From Cyanobacteria bacterium P01_E01_bin.6 (GTDB taxonomy: Bacteria; Cyanobacteriota; Cyanobacteriia; CAKZMO01), in contig JBCCWF010000002.1 of assembly GCA_039194035.1 (NCBI GenBank), forward strand, positions 1 to 51,858: a stretch of DNA of 51,858 bases, written 5' to 3'. Position numbers and translations under genes: made by a program. Under the pieces are notes generated by a model, which did no database searches, was not told the DNA's origin, and worked only from the letters and a program-made list of their open reading frames with translations. Position 1 is the first letter of the stretch. Every line of letters begins with the position of its first letter. This document shows, one piece after another, positions 15,347 through 24,756 of the stretch.

Positions 15347-17053
15347 TTACTGAAGCTGCTGTTGAATTACCTTCAAATTCCTTCGACACTGCACCGTTAA
15401 TGGATGGTCGTTGCCCAGAGAGGCTTCACGAATAGCTAGCGCCTCCTCATACAGAGATTGAGCATCTTTTGAGCGTCCTTGAAGATGATGCACCGACGCC
15501 AAATTATTGAGACAGGTCGCAACATGCGGATGCTGGTTCCCCAATAACTGTTGCTTTAATACCAGAGCCTGCTGGAAATAAGGCTGTGCATCAGCATAGC
15601 GAGTTTGCATGTAATACAGCGTCGCTAAATTATTCAGGCAAGTAGCCACATCAGGATGGTTTTCTCCCACTAGAGCCTTGGTTAGCTCTAACGCATCGCT
15701 GAATAAGGTCTCTGCTTCCTCAAACCGAGATTGGTTGTGATACACCAATCCCAGATTGTTCATACAGGTGGCAACTTCAGGATGATGGTTGCCGTGAATT
15801 TCTTGACTTATGGCTAATGCTTGCTCTAGCAAGGGTTCCGCTTCATCAAATCGGTTCTGGCTGTAATAGAGTAACCCAAGCCCATTAAGGCATGCTGCCA
15901 CATGGGGATGTCTGTCACCCACGAGCGATCGCTCCACCCTCAGAGCATCCTTAAAGCAATACTCCGCATCGGCATAGCGTCCTAGCTCACGATAGAGTGC
16001 AGCTAAATTGCTCAAGGTGAGTGCGACATCAGGGTGAGCCTCTCCAAAAATCTCCCGTCGCACATTGTAGACCGTGAGCAACGTCTGTTCTTGCTCTGGG
16101 TAACGGGCTTGAGTGTAATAAAACGCAGCTAAATTATTTAAGCTAATCAACACATGGGGGTGACGCTCTCCAAACAATTTTTTTCGCATGTTCAGTGCTG
16201 TGTTGAAGTGCTCTTCAGCCTCAGCATACCGCCCTTGTTGCTGATAAACCAATGCTAGATTGTTCAGTACTGTTGCGACATCCCCGTGCGCATCCCCTGA
16301 TAGTTGTCGGGTTTGCTCCAGGCTCTCCAAAAATAGAGCTTCAGCCTCAGCATATTGCCCCTGATCTCGATATAAAAGGGCTAGACCATTGAGGCTAACG
16401 GTAATGTGCTGATGGGGTGCATTTAATGTATGCTGTCGTAACCCTAAAGCCTTACGAAGACAGCTTTCAGCTTCCTGATATCGTCCTTGATTGTGGTATA
16501 GCACACCTAAACTATAAAGGCATGTCGCAATGTCTGGATGATGTTGTCCTAGAAGGTTTTGAGTCGTTGCTAATGCCTGTAGGAGTAATGGTTCTGCTTG
16601 AGCATATTGCCCCAGTTTTCGGTACAGTGCAGCTAGGTTAATTTGACTACTAATGACATCGGCGTGATCTGTTCCAAAGCGTTCAAGTACAGCAGCTAAA
16701 GCCGATCTCCACCACTCTTCTGCTTTTAGATAAGCGCCTTGACCCTCATGAAAATAGGCCAGCCCTAAAAAAGGGCTGAACAAATCTTCGTCCTCCAACA
16801 AGTGCAACTTTTGAGTCGCCACCATACTGAGCTGAGGAATATCAAACGCAAACTCCTCTAAATCTGTTTGATTTGGATTAGATGGAATCTCACTTGCCAT
16901 TTGAGCACAGGTTTTTGCCAGTGCCTTGTCAAGTTGGTTGGCCTGGTTGCTTGAGGAAGTCATCGAAGGAATTTTGTTATGTGAGCTATCGTCAATCGGC
17001 ACTACTGTATTTTGCATATTCTTCATCTGTGGTTTTGCCTCTGAAGAATTCAC
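15347..17053 (-). CDS. TPR-repeat protein (kinesin-light-chain type 42-aa TPRs); probably the C-terminal half of a split NB-ARC-TPR STAND protein
   Basis: There are about 10 repeats of the form NNLAxLYxxQGRYxEAExLxxxALxIxxxxLGxxHPxVAxxL. The 5' end overlaps the NB-ARC ORF by 62 nt in another frame. An alternative non-overlapping ATG is at 16963. Confidence 0.75.
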   Translation of the reverse strand: MNSSEAKPQMKNMQNTVVPIDDSSHNKIPSMTSSSNQANQLDKALAKTCAQMASEIPSNPNQTDLEEFAFDIPQLSMVATQKLHLLEDEDLFSPFLGLAYFHEGQGAYLKAEEWWRSALAAVLERFGTDHADVISSQINLAALYRKLGQYAQAEPLLLQALATTQNLLGQHHPDIATCLYSLGVLYHNQGRYQEAESCLRKALGLRQHTLNAPHQHITVSLNGLALLYRDQGQYAEAEALFLESLEQTRQLSGDAHGDVATVLNNLALVYQQQGRYAEAEEHFNTALNMRKKLFGERHPHVLISLNNLAAFYYTQARYPEQEQTLLTVYNVRREIFGEAHPDVALTLSNLAALYRELGRYADAEYCFKDALRVERSLVGDRHPHVAACLNGLGLLYYSQNRFDEAEPLLEQALAISQEIHGNHHPEVATCMNNLGLVYHNQSRFEEAETLFSDALELTKALVGENHPDVATCLNNLATLYYMQTRYADAQPYFQQALVLKQQLLGNQHPHVATCLNNLASVHHLQGRSKDAQSLYEEALAIREASLGNDHPLTVQCRRNLKVIQQQLQ

Positions 17054-18602
17054 GAATGAGAGGGTGCATGCGATAGATTCGATTATCGAATGGCTTGAGC
17101 AAACTGTACGTGATTAAAAGATTCCGAGAGCGCTGTAGTCCCTCTGGGTCATACGCGACCTCATTGGGATCTTGCTCTACCATCGTTTGATGCATTCCAT
17201 CCACCATTCGCCAGCGGATCGGTCCTGCTTCAAACCGTCCCAGCATTTTAGCTAAGAGTTGAGTCGCTTCATTCAGTTTCTCCCAGGTCAAATCGAATGC
17301 AGCTCCTAACCCTCGACGGGCAGTGAATGTCCAAGCCGGATCATTTTGATAATCACTCCCCATTGCCTCATGCTCCATCACCTCACGATTCTCCACTCGT
17401 TGATGTAGTTGCCCCAATAATTCTGCAATCGAGAGGTTCGAATCGAGCGCTAAATAAGTCCCAGTTAATTCCACGGCTAAAGGCAAATCTCCCAAAAACT
17501 CACACAAGTTATTTCCCTCATTACTGTTATGGATATCCGGTTTCTTAGATAAGAATGCTAGTAAATCTAGCGAATCGTCACGATAAAGAACGTCAACTGG
17601 AAACCACTCTACAGCAGGACCAAGCTGTACCCGTGTCGTAAGGAGAATCCGAAATCGACCGTCAGTTGGCAAAAATTCCGGGTAAATATCACTATATTTG
17701 TCAATATCGTCGTAAACCAGCAATACGTTGCCCTGTGGCCAGTGTGCCCAACAATACTGGAGTCTTTCATGAGTATTGCTTGAGGTCTCGGGTACGTCCA
17801 TTCCAAGCTTGACCCTCGCAAACGAGATAATCTGGGTAGCAAGAGTAGCTTCATTAGGGGCATCCCGTCCATAAAGCCAGCAAACCCCACCAGGGTAATT
17901 CTGAATATATCGCTTAGCGTATTGAATGGATATTTCTGTTTTGCCGATCCCTCCCATACCTGTGAGTGCAACCTGTTGATGGTGTCTTAGTGCCTTATGT
18001 AAATCAGTGAGGAGTTTCTCTCGACCAACAAAATTAGTAGCACCGCTTCTTGGAATAAATGCTGGGATGGAAGTTTGTTCACTACTCTTTTGCAATGTTT
18101 GTACTTTTAATTGCCATAGCAAATCGAGTTGAGATAAATTCTCCCTTTTTCTGGCTTGCTGGACGGCTTGCTCATCAGTGGGTTCAACCTTTACCCACAG
18201 GGTCAACCCAAATGTCCAATTGCCTGCCGTACGGCCTTTTTTGCTTTGTCTACGATCGTCTAAAATTCCTAGGAATCCGTCAAAGTAGTCTCGCAAACTA
18301 CTCCGAATAGTATCTTCCTGAAATGAAACGTTATATTTTTCTAGATATTTGGGAGATTCAAGGAGAGTTGACAAACACTTAACTGTTGTTTCTACATAAA
18401 GGCTGGGCCGTCCGTCAGAGGTATCATTTTCCCATCGTACTAAAAAACTAGATCGGGCTGGGTCGAGCAACTCATCAAGAATAACCTCCAACAAACATAT
18501 ACACCGGTTTTTCGGAACATCATCATAGGAACGTCGCATGGGTACTGATAGACTTTTCGGGAGGGTGGGTATATAGACAAGATATTGCTGCCAATCTAGC
18601 AA
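16992..18602 (-). CDS. STAND P-loop NTPase (NB-ARC-like) with ~190-aa N-terminal domain of unknown function
   Basis: Walker A is VALTGMGGIGKTEISIQYA and Walker B is VLLVYDDIDK, followed by RILLTTR and GDLPLAVEL (NB-ARC-like motifs). The start is either TTG 18602 or ATG 18539. Confidence 0.8.
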   Translation of the reverse strand: MLDWQQYLVYIPTLPKSLSVPMRRSYDDVPKNRCICLLEVILDELLDPARSSFLVRWENDTSDGRPSLYVETTVKCLSTLLESPKYLEKYNVSFQEDTIRSSLRDYFDGFLGILDDRRQSKKGRTAGNWTFGLTLWVKVEPTDEQAVQQARKRENLSQLDLLWQLKVQTLQKSSEQTSIPAFIPRSGATNFVGREKLLTDLHKALRHHQQVALTGMGGIGKTEISIQYAKRYIQNYPGGVCWLYGRDAPNEATLATQIISFARVKLGMDVPETSSNTHERLQYCWAHWPQGNVLLVYDDIDKYSDIYPEFLPTDGRFRILLTTRVQLGPAVEWFPVDVLYRDDSLDLLAFLSKKPDIHNSNEGNNLCEFLGDLPLAVELTGTYLALDSNLSIAELLGQLHQRVENREVMEHEAMGSDYQNDPAWTFTARRGLGAAFDLTWEKLNEATQLLAKMLGRFEAGPIRWRMVDGMHQTMVEQDPNEVAYDPEGLQRSRNLLITYSLLKPFDNRIYRMHPLIREFFRGKTTDEEYAKYSSAD

Positions 18603-18683
18603 AAATAGGCCGTGCAGAACCTAGATGAAATGTCGCATCGATTGAACAGGTTAAACCGATATCTAGAGCTGTAGTCCTCAGTT

Positions 18684-18736
18684 ATTAGCTATTGTGGGAT
18701 CCATCTTTCCTTATGTGGGATCCCACAATAGCTAAT
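18684..18736. repeat. Perfect 19-bp inverted repeat (ATTAGCTATTGTGGGATCC ... GGATCCCACAATAGCTAAT) with 15-bp spacer
   Basis: Read directly. It lies in a divergent intergenic region between the NB-ARC gene and 18914-19240. Confidence 0.85.
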
Positions 18737-18913
18737 GACTATGTAGAAGCTTTCTATAGAAACTGTTTCAGCACTTTATGCTCAAATAACTTGCAAGCCC
18801 CAAATTCCCACATTTAGCCTTAGACATGGAATCAGTTCCGGCACAGCATCCGAGTCATCACGGGTTGTTGTCTGGACAGGTTCCATGTTGTCCATTCTGA
18901 ATGTCCATTTCTC

Positions 18914-19240
18914 ATGACACAAAAAAACTGGGGAAAGTCCGAGCATGGCCTACATCATGACTTTCCCGTCAACCTGATCACAAAACATCAGGCCGCATCT
19001 ATCTTAGCGATTAGCCCTTCAACGCTTAAAAAATATCGACTTGCTCCAGACTCTCAGTTGATTGAAGGGGTGCACTACATACGATTCAATTCGCGTAACC
19101 TGAAATATGTCGAATCTTTAATCCGTGACTGGGCCATCAATAAAAATAACTATCAGGCCCATCAGCAAGCGATTGAAGCGTTCCTGAGTCAGTTGCCGTG
19201 TAATCAACCAAATACACGCCGAAAGAAGCACAAGAAGTAA
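18914..19240 (+). CDS. Small DNA-binding protein, excisionase/MerR-like HTH (tentative)
   Basis: The 108-aa product contains ITKHQAASILAISPSTLKKYR (HTH-like) and has a basic C-terminal tail. Confidence 0.45.
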   Translation: MTQKNWGKSEHGLHHDFPVNLITKHQAASILAISPSTLKKYRLAPDSQLIEGVHYIRFNSRNLKYVESLIRDWAINKNNYQAHQQAIEAFLSQLPCNQPNTRRKKHKK

Positions 19241-19340
19241 CGTTCTGTATTCGCGAACGTATCTCTATTTCTCTACTAAGTGGGCGATCGCCACCATTTC
19301 TGGGTATACCCTCCCGTTCACTTTATTTAGATATCACACC

Positions 19341-19754
19341 ATGAACAATAGTCCGAATGATTCTCCTCCTCCACAGGAGGAGACGGTTCACGCTGCTTTT
19401 GATGCGAAATTGAGGGCTCTTGAACATACTAGTCGGCGCACAGCTAAGACATTCAGTCTCAAGGGATTCGTCCGTCAACACTATGAGAGCCTGTCATCTG
19501 CTCATTTCAAGGGTCATACCTGGAATGCTTTAGCTGAACTTATCCAATCTGAGCTAAGTGTGACGATTGCACCTGAAACACTCCGCAAGTATATGGCTGC
19601 TATTCGAAACGAACGTGGAGAAGCAAAAGCTGAATTCATAAAATCGACGCGCCCAAACATCTCAGCACGTCACGAGGAACGGTCCTTTCCGCTCCCAAAA
19701 AATCTACAGCCTGCAATTGATCGTGAATTTCGTCGTACTCCTCGGAGGAATTAG
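19341..19754 (+). CDS. Hypothetical protein upstream of ParA-like ATPase
   Basis: The 137-aa ORF is immediately followed by the ParA-like gene. I recognise no family. Confidence 0.4.
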   Translation: MNNSPNDSPPPQEETVHAAFDAKLRALEHTSRRTAKTFSLKGFVRQHYESLSSAHFKGHTWNALAELIQSELSVTIAPETLRKYMAAIRNERGEAKAEFIKSTRPNISARHEERSFPLPKNLQPAIDREFRRTPRRN

Positions 19755-19756
19755 TC

Positions 19757-20533
19757 ATGAAGAAATCTCTTGAAGTCCGAAAGCTGAATAAAGCTGAACG
19801 ACAGCGACTGCGAATCATCGTGGTACTGAGCGACAAAGGAGGGGTCGGCAAGTCGGTTTTTGCCCGGTTGCTGTTGCAATATTTTCTAGACTGTAATCGT
19901 CCAGTCATCGGATGCGACTGTGATCGCTCGAATCAAAGCCTCCTAGACTACTATCAACGTATGGTTGAGGTTATCTTAGCCTTCTTCAGTGAAGACCCCA
20001 AAAAGGCATGGAAAGCTGACTTCATTCTGGAAGCTGTTTTAGAGCACCTCAAAGATATCATTGTTGACACCCCAGCCCAGGTGTTCAGGAGCGTGACCGC
20101 ATACCTGCATCAGGGTGGCTTAAAGGCAGCCCAGCAACAAGGCGTTGAATACCTTTTATTTATTGTCATCGCGGATCGCTATTCACTCGAACAGTTTATT
20201 GACCTCGTTCACGAATTTGGTGATGACATTCCATTCCTTATTGCATTGAATAAGGGCTGTTGTGATGACTTCGCTTTTGTCGAAGAGAGTGATGAGTTTC
20301 AGTCCATCATCAAATCTTTGAAGATTCCAGTCATCACCATTCCTGAGCTGCCTTATCGAGAACGAGAAATCATCGACCAATATCGGTTGTCATTTTCTGA
20401 AGCTCTACAATCCACTGATTTAACCATTGTGGGCAGGCAACGGGTTGCAGATTTCTTATCCGAATGCTTTGAACAACTGGATGACCTAAATCAGCTTAAG
20501 GAGGGTGATAATGGCCTATCGACAAACGCCTGA
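19757..20533 (+). CDS. ParA/MinD-superfamily P-loop ATPase (partition or TraL-like)
   Basis: It has the deviant Walker A VVLSDKGGVGKSVFA, and GGAGGA lies upstream of the ATG. Confidence 0.7.
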   Translation: MKKSLEVRKLNKAERQRLRIIVVLSDKGGVGKSVFARLLLQYFLDCNRPVIGCDCDRSNQSLLDYYQRMVEVILAFFSEDPKKAWKADFILEAVLEHLKDIIVDTPAQVFRSVTAYLHQGGLKAAQQQGVEYLLFIVIADRYSLEQFIDLVHEFGDDIPFLIALNKGCCDDFAFVEESDEFQSIIKSLKIPVITIPELPYREREIIDQYRLSFSEALQSTDLTIVGRQRVADFLSECFEQLDDLNQLKEGDNGLSTNA

Positions 20534-21002
20534 CTCTCCAAAGAAAAGAGAGCAAGATCGCTTCAATACTAGGGAAGATTTTATTCGGGAAAGAATTAAT
20601 CGGTTATCAGATGAGAAACAAAAGCGGATTTACCACGAACTCGAACGGTTTGGAATATCTCTAAAAGATCCCTCGTGTCTATTTCTTACGCTAATTCTTG
20701 AATGTGATGACAATATGAGTCGCTTGCCCGAGATGTCTGATGATGTCCAAACCGGGCTCAGAGACTTCAAAGCAACGGTCTATGACGTACAACGGCAGGG
20801 CGATCGCATTGCCCACCTCCTTCAGCGGCACCATCATGACATTCAGCTTCCCCTCTCACGAGCGATGTGGGCCACCGGTATTGCAGGACTGGTCGGAATG
20901 GTCATCGGCGCGATGCTCGTCGGCTTCTTCCTTACTTTTACGGTTCAAGCTGAGTGTAGTGCCAAAACAGGGCAGTGCGAAAAGTTACTGCTAGATCCAT
21001 AA
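20511..21002 (+). CDS. Hypothetical protein with C-terminal transmembrane segment
   Basis: ATG 20511 is preceded by AAGGAGGG. The C-terminal hydrophobic stretch is GIAGLVGMVIGAMLVGFFLTF. Confidence 0.4.
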   Translation: MAYRQTPDSPKKREQDRFNTREDFIRERINRLSDEKQKRIYHELERFGISLKDPSCLFLTLILECDDNMSRLPEMSDDVQTGLRDFKATVYDVQRQGDRIAHLLQRHHHDIQLPLSRAMWATGIAGLVGMVIGAMLVGFFLTFTVQAECSAKTGQCEKLLLDP

Positions 21003-21037
21003 GCCTGCCATCACTTCATTCAAAAAGATATGCTGTC

Positions 21038-21508
21038 ATGAATTATTTTTTACGGGCTGTAGTCATCACAGTTCTCATTGTCCCATATTGGTGGTGGCTG
21101 TATCCCTTATTATTCGATGTCGCAACGTTATTACCTGCGGATAATGGCCTCATCTATGGCCTCTATCCGCTAGGGTTCCTCGCGTCCCCCTTCTTTCGAG
21201 CCATCTTATTTTTCTTCCTCACTCGATGGAAGCTCCATTTTCTCTCAGAAGGATGGTCTGCTGAGGTAAGAGTTTTACGACTTGAAGGCGTCACCGTCCT
21301 AGCGTCCTTGCTCAGGTGGATTGTTTTAGCCGTTGTTCTGGTGTTCATCCCACCGGCGATATCAATTCTGATGTTGCACCTATTAACTCAGTACACAATG
21401 GTTCCTCAATGGCTTTCAAATCTTACCTCATGGATTGTTCTATTCAAGTTTCTTCAAATGATGTGGGTGTTTCCATACAGCCACATTGCACGGATTCGAT
21501 CGCTGTAA
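21038..21508 (+). CDS. Polytopic membrane protein (hypothetical)
   Basis: Several hydrophobic segments are present. The start is taken at ATG 21038 (MNYFLRAVVITVLIV). Confidence 0.45.
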   Translation: MNYFLRAVVITVLIVPYWWWLYPLLFDVATLLPADNGLIYGLYPLGFLASPFFRAILFFFLTRWKLHFLSEGWSAEVRVLRLEGVTVLASLLRWIVLAVVLVFIPPAISILMLHLLTQYTMVPQWLSNLTSWIVLFKFLQMMWVFPYSHIARIRSL

Positions 21509-21525
21509 ATCTTAGGAAATTCATC

Positions 21526-23400
21526 ATGATTAAAGGAGCTACGCAATTTACAATTGTTGCTGGGTTCACAGCAGCGACCCATCAACTGATTTACACCACC
21601 ACTACAGCGCTCACTGACTCATTGATTACGGCAGTTAGATTAGAGACGCTGAATTCCAATAATTGGATTGGTCAGTTTATCGGGATTGCCAGCATTGCAG
21701 GCACGACGTGGGTACTATTTCGCATCACGGGTGCAGGTTTTGGACGAAGGCGAAAACGTGTTCTTAAGACGTTGCTAACGGATTGGAGCCAACAAATTGC
21801 AAAATCCCTAGTCATTGGCCTGGGAAGCTATGCCCTATGTCACATCGTCGGGATGACCAATCCAACCGAGTTTCTCTTGAGCCTCATTTTAGGAGTTGGT
21901 ACTTCCCCTGCCGTCGTCAGTAGTGGAGGCGTTGGAGGGCTGATTCGAGGATTTCGCCTTCGGGATCCTCGCTGGATTGCCCAACAATGGTTCTGGCGGT
22001 ACACCAAAGATCTCATCCCCTGGGGAGCAGGCTTTGTTAAACCCAAATTAGAATCCACCCATTTTGCCTTAATTGGAAATACTGGTAGCGGTAAATCAAC
22101 GTTTTTGTCGGTCATGATGAGCCGATTGCGTGGCCTAAGAGGGGTTGGCATTGTCCCAGACATGCGAGCTGTTGTGCTTGATGCCAAACGTGAACTCATT
22201 CCATTCTTAGTCGCTCTGGGTGTTCACTTTCGGATTTGGAATCCTCTGGATATACGATGTGTGGCCTGGTTTATTGGCCGAGATATTCAAGGTGAAGGAA
22301 AGGCGAGCGAGTTTGCTAATGCCCTATACAGCGACGATGCAGATCAAGGTAAATCTCAAAATCCCTATTTCCCAAATACAGCTAAGATTCTAATCCGAAA
22401 CGTTGTGACAGCGCTCTGGCTTGCCTGTGGTGACCAATGGACCCTGCGCCATCTCATTTTAGTGTGCAGTACTATTTCGAATGTTCAGAAGCTCTTACAA
22501 AAGCACCATCCTCGTCCGAATGAAGTTGATGAATTGCTAAAAAGTCGCAATCAAGGACCGAATGAAGTCTTGACCACAGTCCAGTCAAAGTTACTTCCAC
22601 TATCGATGGTAGCGGCTCGATGGGACGAGGCCACAGAAAAATATAGTCTCAAAGAGTGGTTGCAGCGTGAAGAAGTGATGGTTCTGGGCAGTGATCATAC
22701 CTACCCCGATACGCTCAAACTCACTAATACCCTCATTCTTAAATTTCTGGTAGCAGAACTGAATACTCTATCAGCCAGCAATCAGCGACGCATCTGGCTG
22801 TATATCGACGAAGCCTCGGCAGCAGGTCGGTTTATACACCTGGAAAATGTAGTATCGCTGGGCCGTAGTGCTGGAGTGTGTGTTGTTATTGCTTTTCAGA
22901 ATATCGACTTGTTCCTCAGAACCTACGGTGAACACCTGGCAAAAAGTATCTTAGGGCTGTGTCGCCATTGGGCAATTTTCGGCTTGGACATGATATCCGC
23001 CCAGTGGGTCTCCAGCCTCATTGGTGAGTACGAAGAGGTGCAGACTAGCGTTAGCGAATCTCACTCGACGCAAGTTGGGCCATCAGGTTCATCAACTACA
23101 ACGGGTGTCAGCTACCAATCGCAAGTTGGACGAAGACCCACAGTATTGCCCCAACAGATGATGGATTTAAACCTCCCACAAACGGGACCTGATTCTGGTG
23201 TGTTAGCTGGGTTCTTCCTATCGCCGGGAGAAGGCATACATTTTCACCAATATGCCTGGGAACACATTCGGCGTTGGCAAGTGGATCCTGTCGATGAAAC
23301 TGAATGCCCTGCATATCTACGCATTGATGATGCAGCTCTCTCTCTATCTCTCAAACCGTTAACCGTTGAAGAACAACATCTATTCGGATTAGAACCCTAA
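21526..23400 (+). CDS. Type IV coupling protein-like ATPase (VirD4/TraD/TraG family)
   Basis: N-terminal TM segments are followed by Walker A FALIGNTGSGKST and Walker B RIWLYIDEASAAG. It is co-located with the relaxase. The start is taken at ATG 21526, not the ORF-track start at 21316. Confidence 0.65.
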   Translation: MIKGATQFTIVAGFTAATHQLIYTTTTALTDSLITAVRLETLNSNNWIGQFIGIASIAGTTWVLFRITGAGFGRRRKRVLKTLLTDWSQQIAKSLVIGLGSYALCHIVGMTNPTEFLLSLILGVGTSPAVVSSGGVGGLIRGFRLRDPRWIAQQWFWRYTKDLIPWGAGFVKPKLESTHFALIGNTGSGKSTFLSVMMSRLRGLRGVGIVPDMRAVVLDAKRELIPFLVALGVHFRIWNPLDIRCVAWFIGRDIQGEGKASEFANALYSDDADQGKSQNPYFPNTAKILIRNVVTALWLACGDQWTLRHLILVCSTISNVQKLLQKHHPRPNEVDELLKSRNQGPNEVLTTVQSKLLPLSMVAARWDEATEKYSLKEWLQREEVMVLGSDHTYPDTLKLTNTLILKFLVAELNTLSASNQRRIWLYIDEASAAGRFIHLENVVSLGRSAGVCVVIAFQNIDLFLRTYGEHLAKSILGLCRHWAIFGLDMISAQWVSSLIGEYEEVQTSVSESHSTQVGPSGSSTTTGVSYQSQVGRRPTVLPQQMMDLNLPQTGPDSGVLAGFFLSPGEGIHFHQYAWEHIRRWQVDPVDETECPAYLRIDDAALSLSLKPLTVEEQHLFGLEP

Positions 23401-23423
23401 TCTTCTTTTTTCTTACTTCATTT

Positions 23424-23456
23424 ATTGACCAATTATTGACCAATTATTGACTAATT
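23424..23456 (+). repeat. Tandem repeat 3 x 11 bp (ATTGACCAATT ATTGACCAATT ATTGACTAATT)
   Basis: Read directly. It ends 15 nt upstream of ATG 23471. Confidence 0.85.
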
Positions 23457-23470
23457 TAGGATGTAGACTC

Positions 23471-24721
23471 ATGCCGCCCTTTCAATCTATCGACGCCTTA
23501 TTAGAGTACATCGAAGCTCATCCAGAGGAGTTCATCCGATGGCTAGAGTCTACCCTCGACTATGCACAACTGAAAGAGTTAGCCGCGTCCGACCTACCAA
23601 TCCACAAACCGCGATCGCCCTTCTGGGAACCGATTGTCAATTTTTTTATCCCCGATCTCCAGAGTATCTGTGGTCGTTCCTATGCAGATGCGACGTTGAA
23701 GCAGGACATTGAGAATAAGAGCAAGTTGATTGCTGCCACCAATGCGCTCAATATTATCCCAGCCGCACCCTTAATTATCTTTGGCTTAGCTAGGGGAGTA
23801 GTCGGATGTGGGTTAGCTTTAGCTTTTGGAATCATTCTGTTCGGCGCAACTAATTGGACTGCACAACGAGCCATTACGGAGCGACCGCGAGAGAAACAAG
23901 GAGGCTTCATCACCCTAATAGGAATCTTTGTCCTACAGATGATTCCATCCTTCCTCAGTGGGCCAGGAACGATTTTACTCATTGATGAACAATCCTTAGC
24001 TCAGCGGTGGGCAGAAGCCCAAGTGGAGATAACAATTGAAGAAAATCGAGAGCTGTCATTGCAGCAGCTTGAGGTGACAGTCGAGCAAGCCCAGTCTCAT
24101 CGAGAGCGATGTGATGCATTGCTTGCAGAAGTCAATCAATATCCAGATGAAAGTGATGCCGTTGATCGCCTCTTCTGGGAAATGCGAGGATTCCACCAGG
24201 ATATTGAGATGGATCGCTCTAACACTCCGCTGGATGAACTCATCGGGGACTGTTGGAAAGCGGAGCGCTTGGAAAGCATAGTGAGTGCTGAGAGGCTCCG
24301 AATTGAGCAGGCTTACGGGCAAGCTAAGCAGGATAGTACGTCTCTTGGTGCTCTGGCCTATCTGAAGCGAACCTATCCAGAGCGATACACCCAAGAATAT
24401 ACGCCTGAGGGAACCTTGGTTTCCGGCGTACAAGCCACTCAATTGGCCACTCAATTTTTCCTGACGAAGGTGTCTCAGGGAGAGTTTGATGCGCTGATCA
24501 TTCCCTTGCTGTTTTTTCTAACCAGTACGACCCTCAGTCTATTGATGGTGCTGAAGATCAGAACCTATCGGGATCGAGTTGATGTACTCCGCAGCTTTGA
24601 TCCAGGTATTGCGCTTTTCCGTGATGAGATCTTTCATCGAGCACAAATTGGCTTACTGAAGCAACAGCAACAGCTCGAATGCTCCAATGCCATCGATGTT
24701 TCAACTCACGACAGCCCGTAA
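23471..24721 (+). CDS. Membrane protein with coiled-coil region (hypothetical, transfer-region associated)
   Basis: The ORF has hydrophobic segments near residues 95-170 and near the C-terminus. I recognise no family. Confidence 0.45.
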   Translation: MPPFQSIDALLEYIEAHPEEFIRWLESTLDYAQLKELAASDLPIHKPRSPFWEPIVNFFIPDLQSICGRSYADATLKQDIENKSKLIAATNALNIIPAAPLIIFGLARGVVGCGLALAFGIILFGATNWTAQRAITERPREKQGGFITLIGIFVLQMIPSFLSGPGTILLIDEQSLAQRWAEAQVEITIEENRELSLQQLEVTVEQAQSHRERCDALLAEVNQYPDESDAVDRLFWEMRGFHQDIEMDRSNTPLDELIGDCWKAERLESIVSAERLRIEQAYGQAKQDSTSLGALAYLKRTYPERYTQEYTPEGTLVSGVQATQLATQFFLTKVSQGEFDALIIPLLFFLTSTTLSLLMVLKIRTYRDRVDVLRSFDPGIALFRDEIFHRAQIGLLKQQQQLECSNAIDVSTHDSP

Positions 24722-24756
24722 ATCATTTTTATTCATTGACAAAAGGTTTCATTACG

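Noticed and set aside
15073-15435. A 120-aa plus-strand ORF bridges the end of vapC and the end of the TPR gene.
   Set aside because: It overlaps both convergent genes, lacks a start context and resembles nothing I know.
21316-21525. A long N-terminal extension of the coupling-protein ORF starts at 21316.
   Set aside because: It overlaps the upstream membrane-protein gene (21038-21508) in another frame. ATG 21526 just after that gene's stop is the sensible start.
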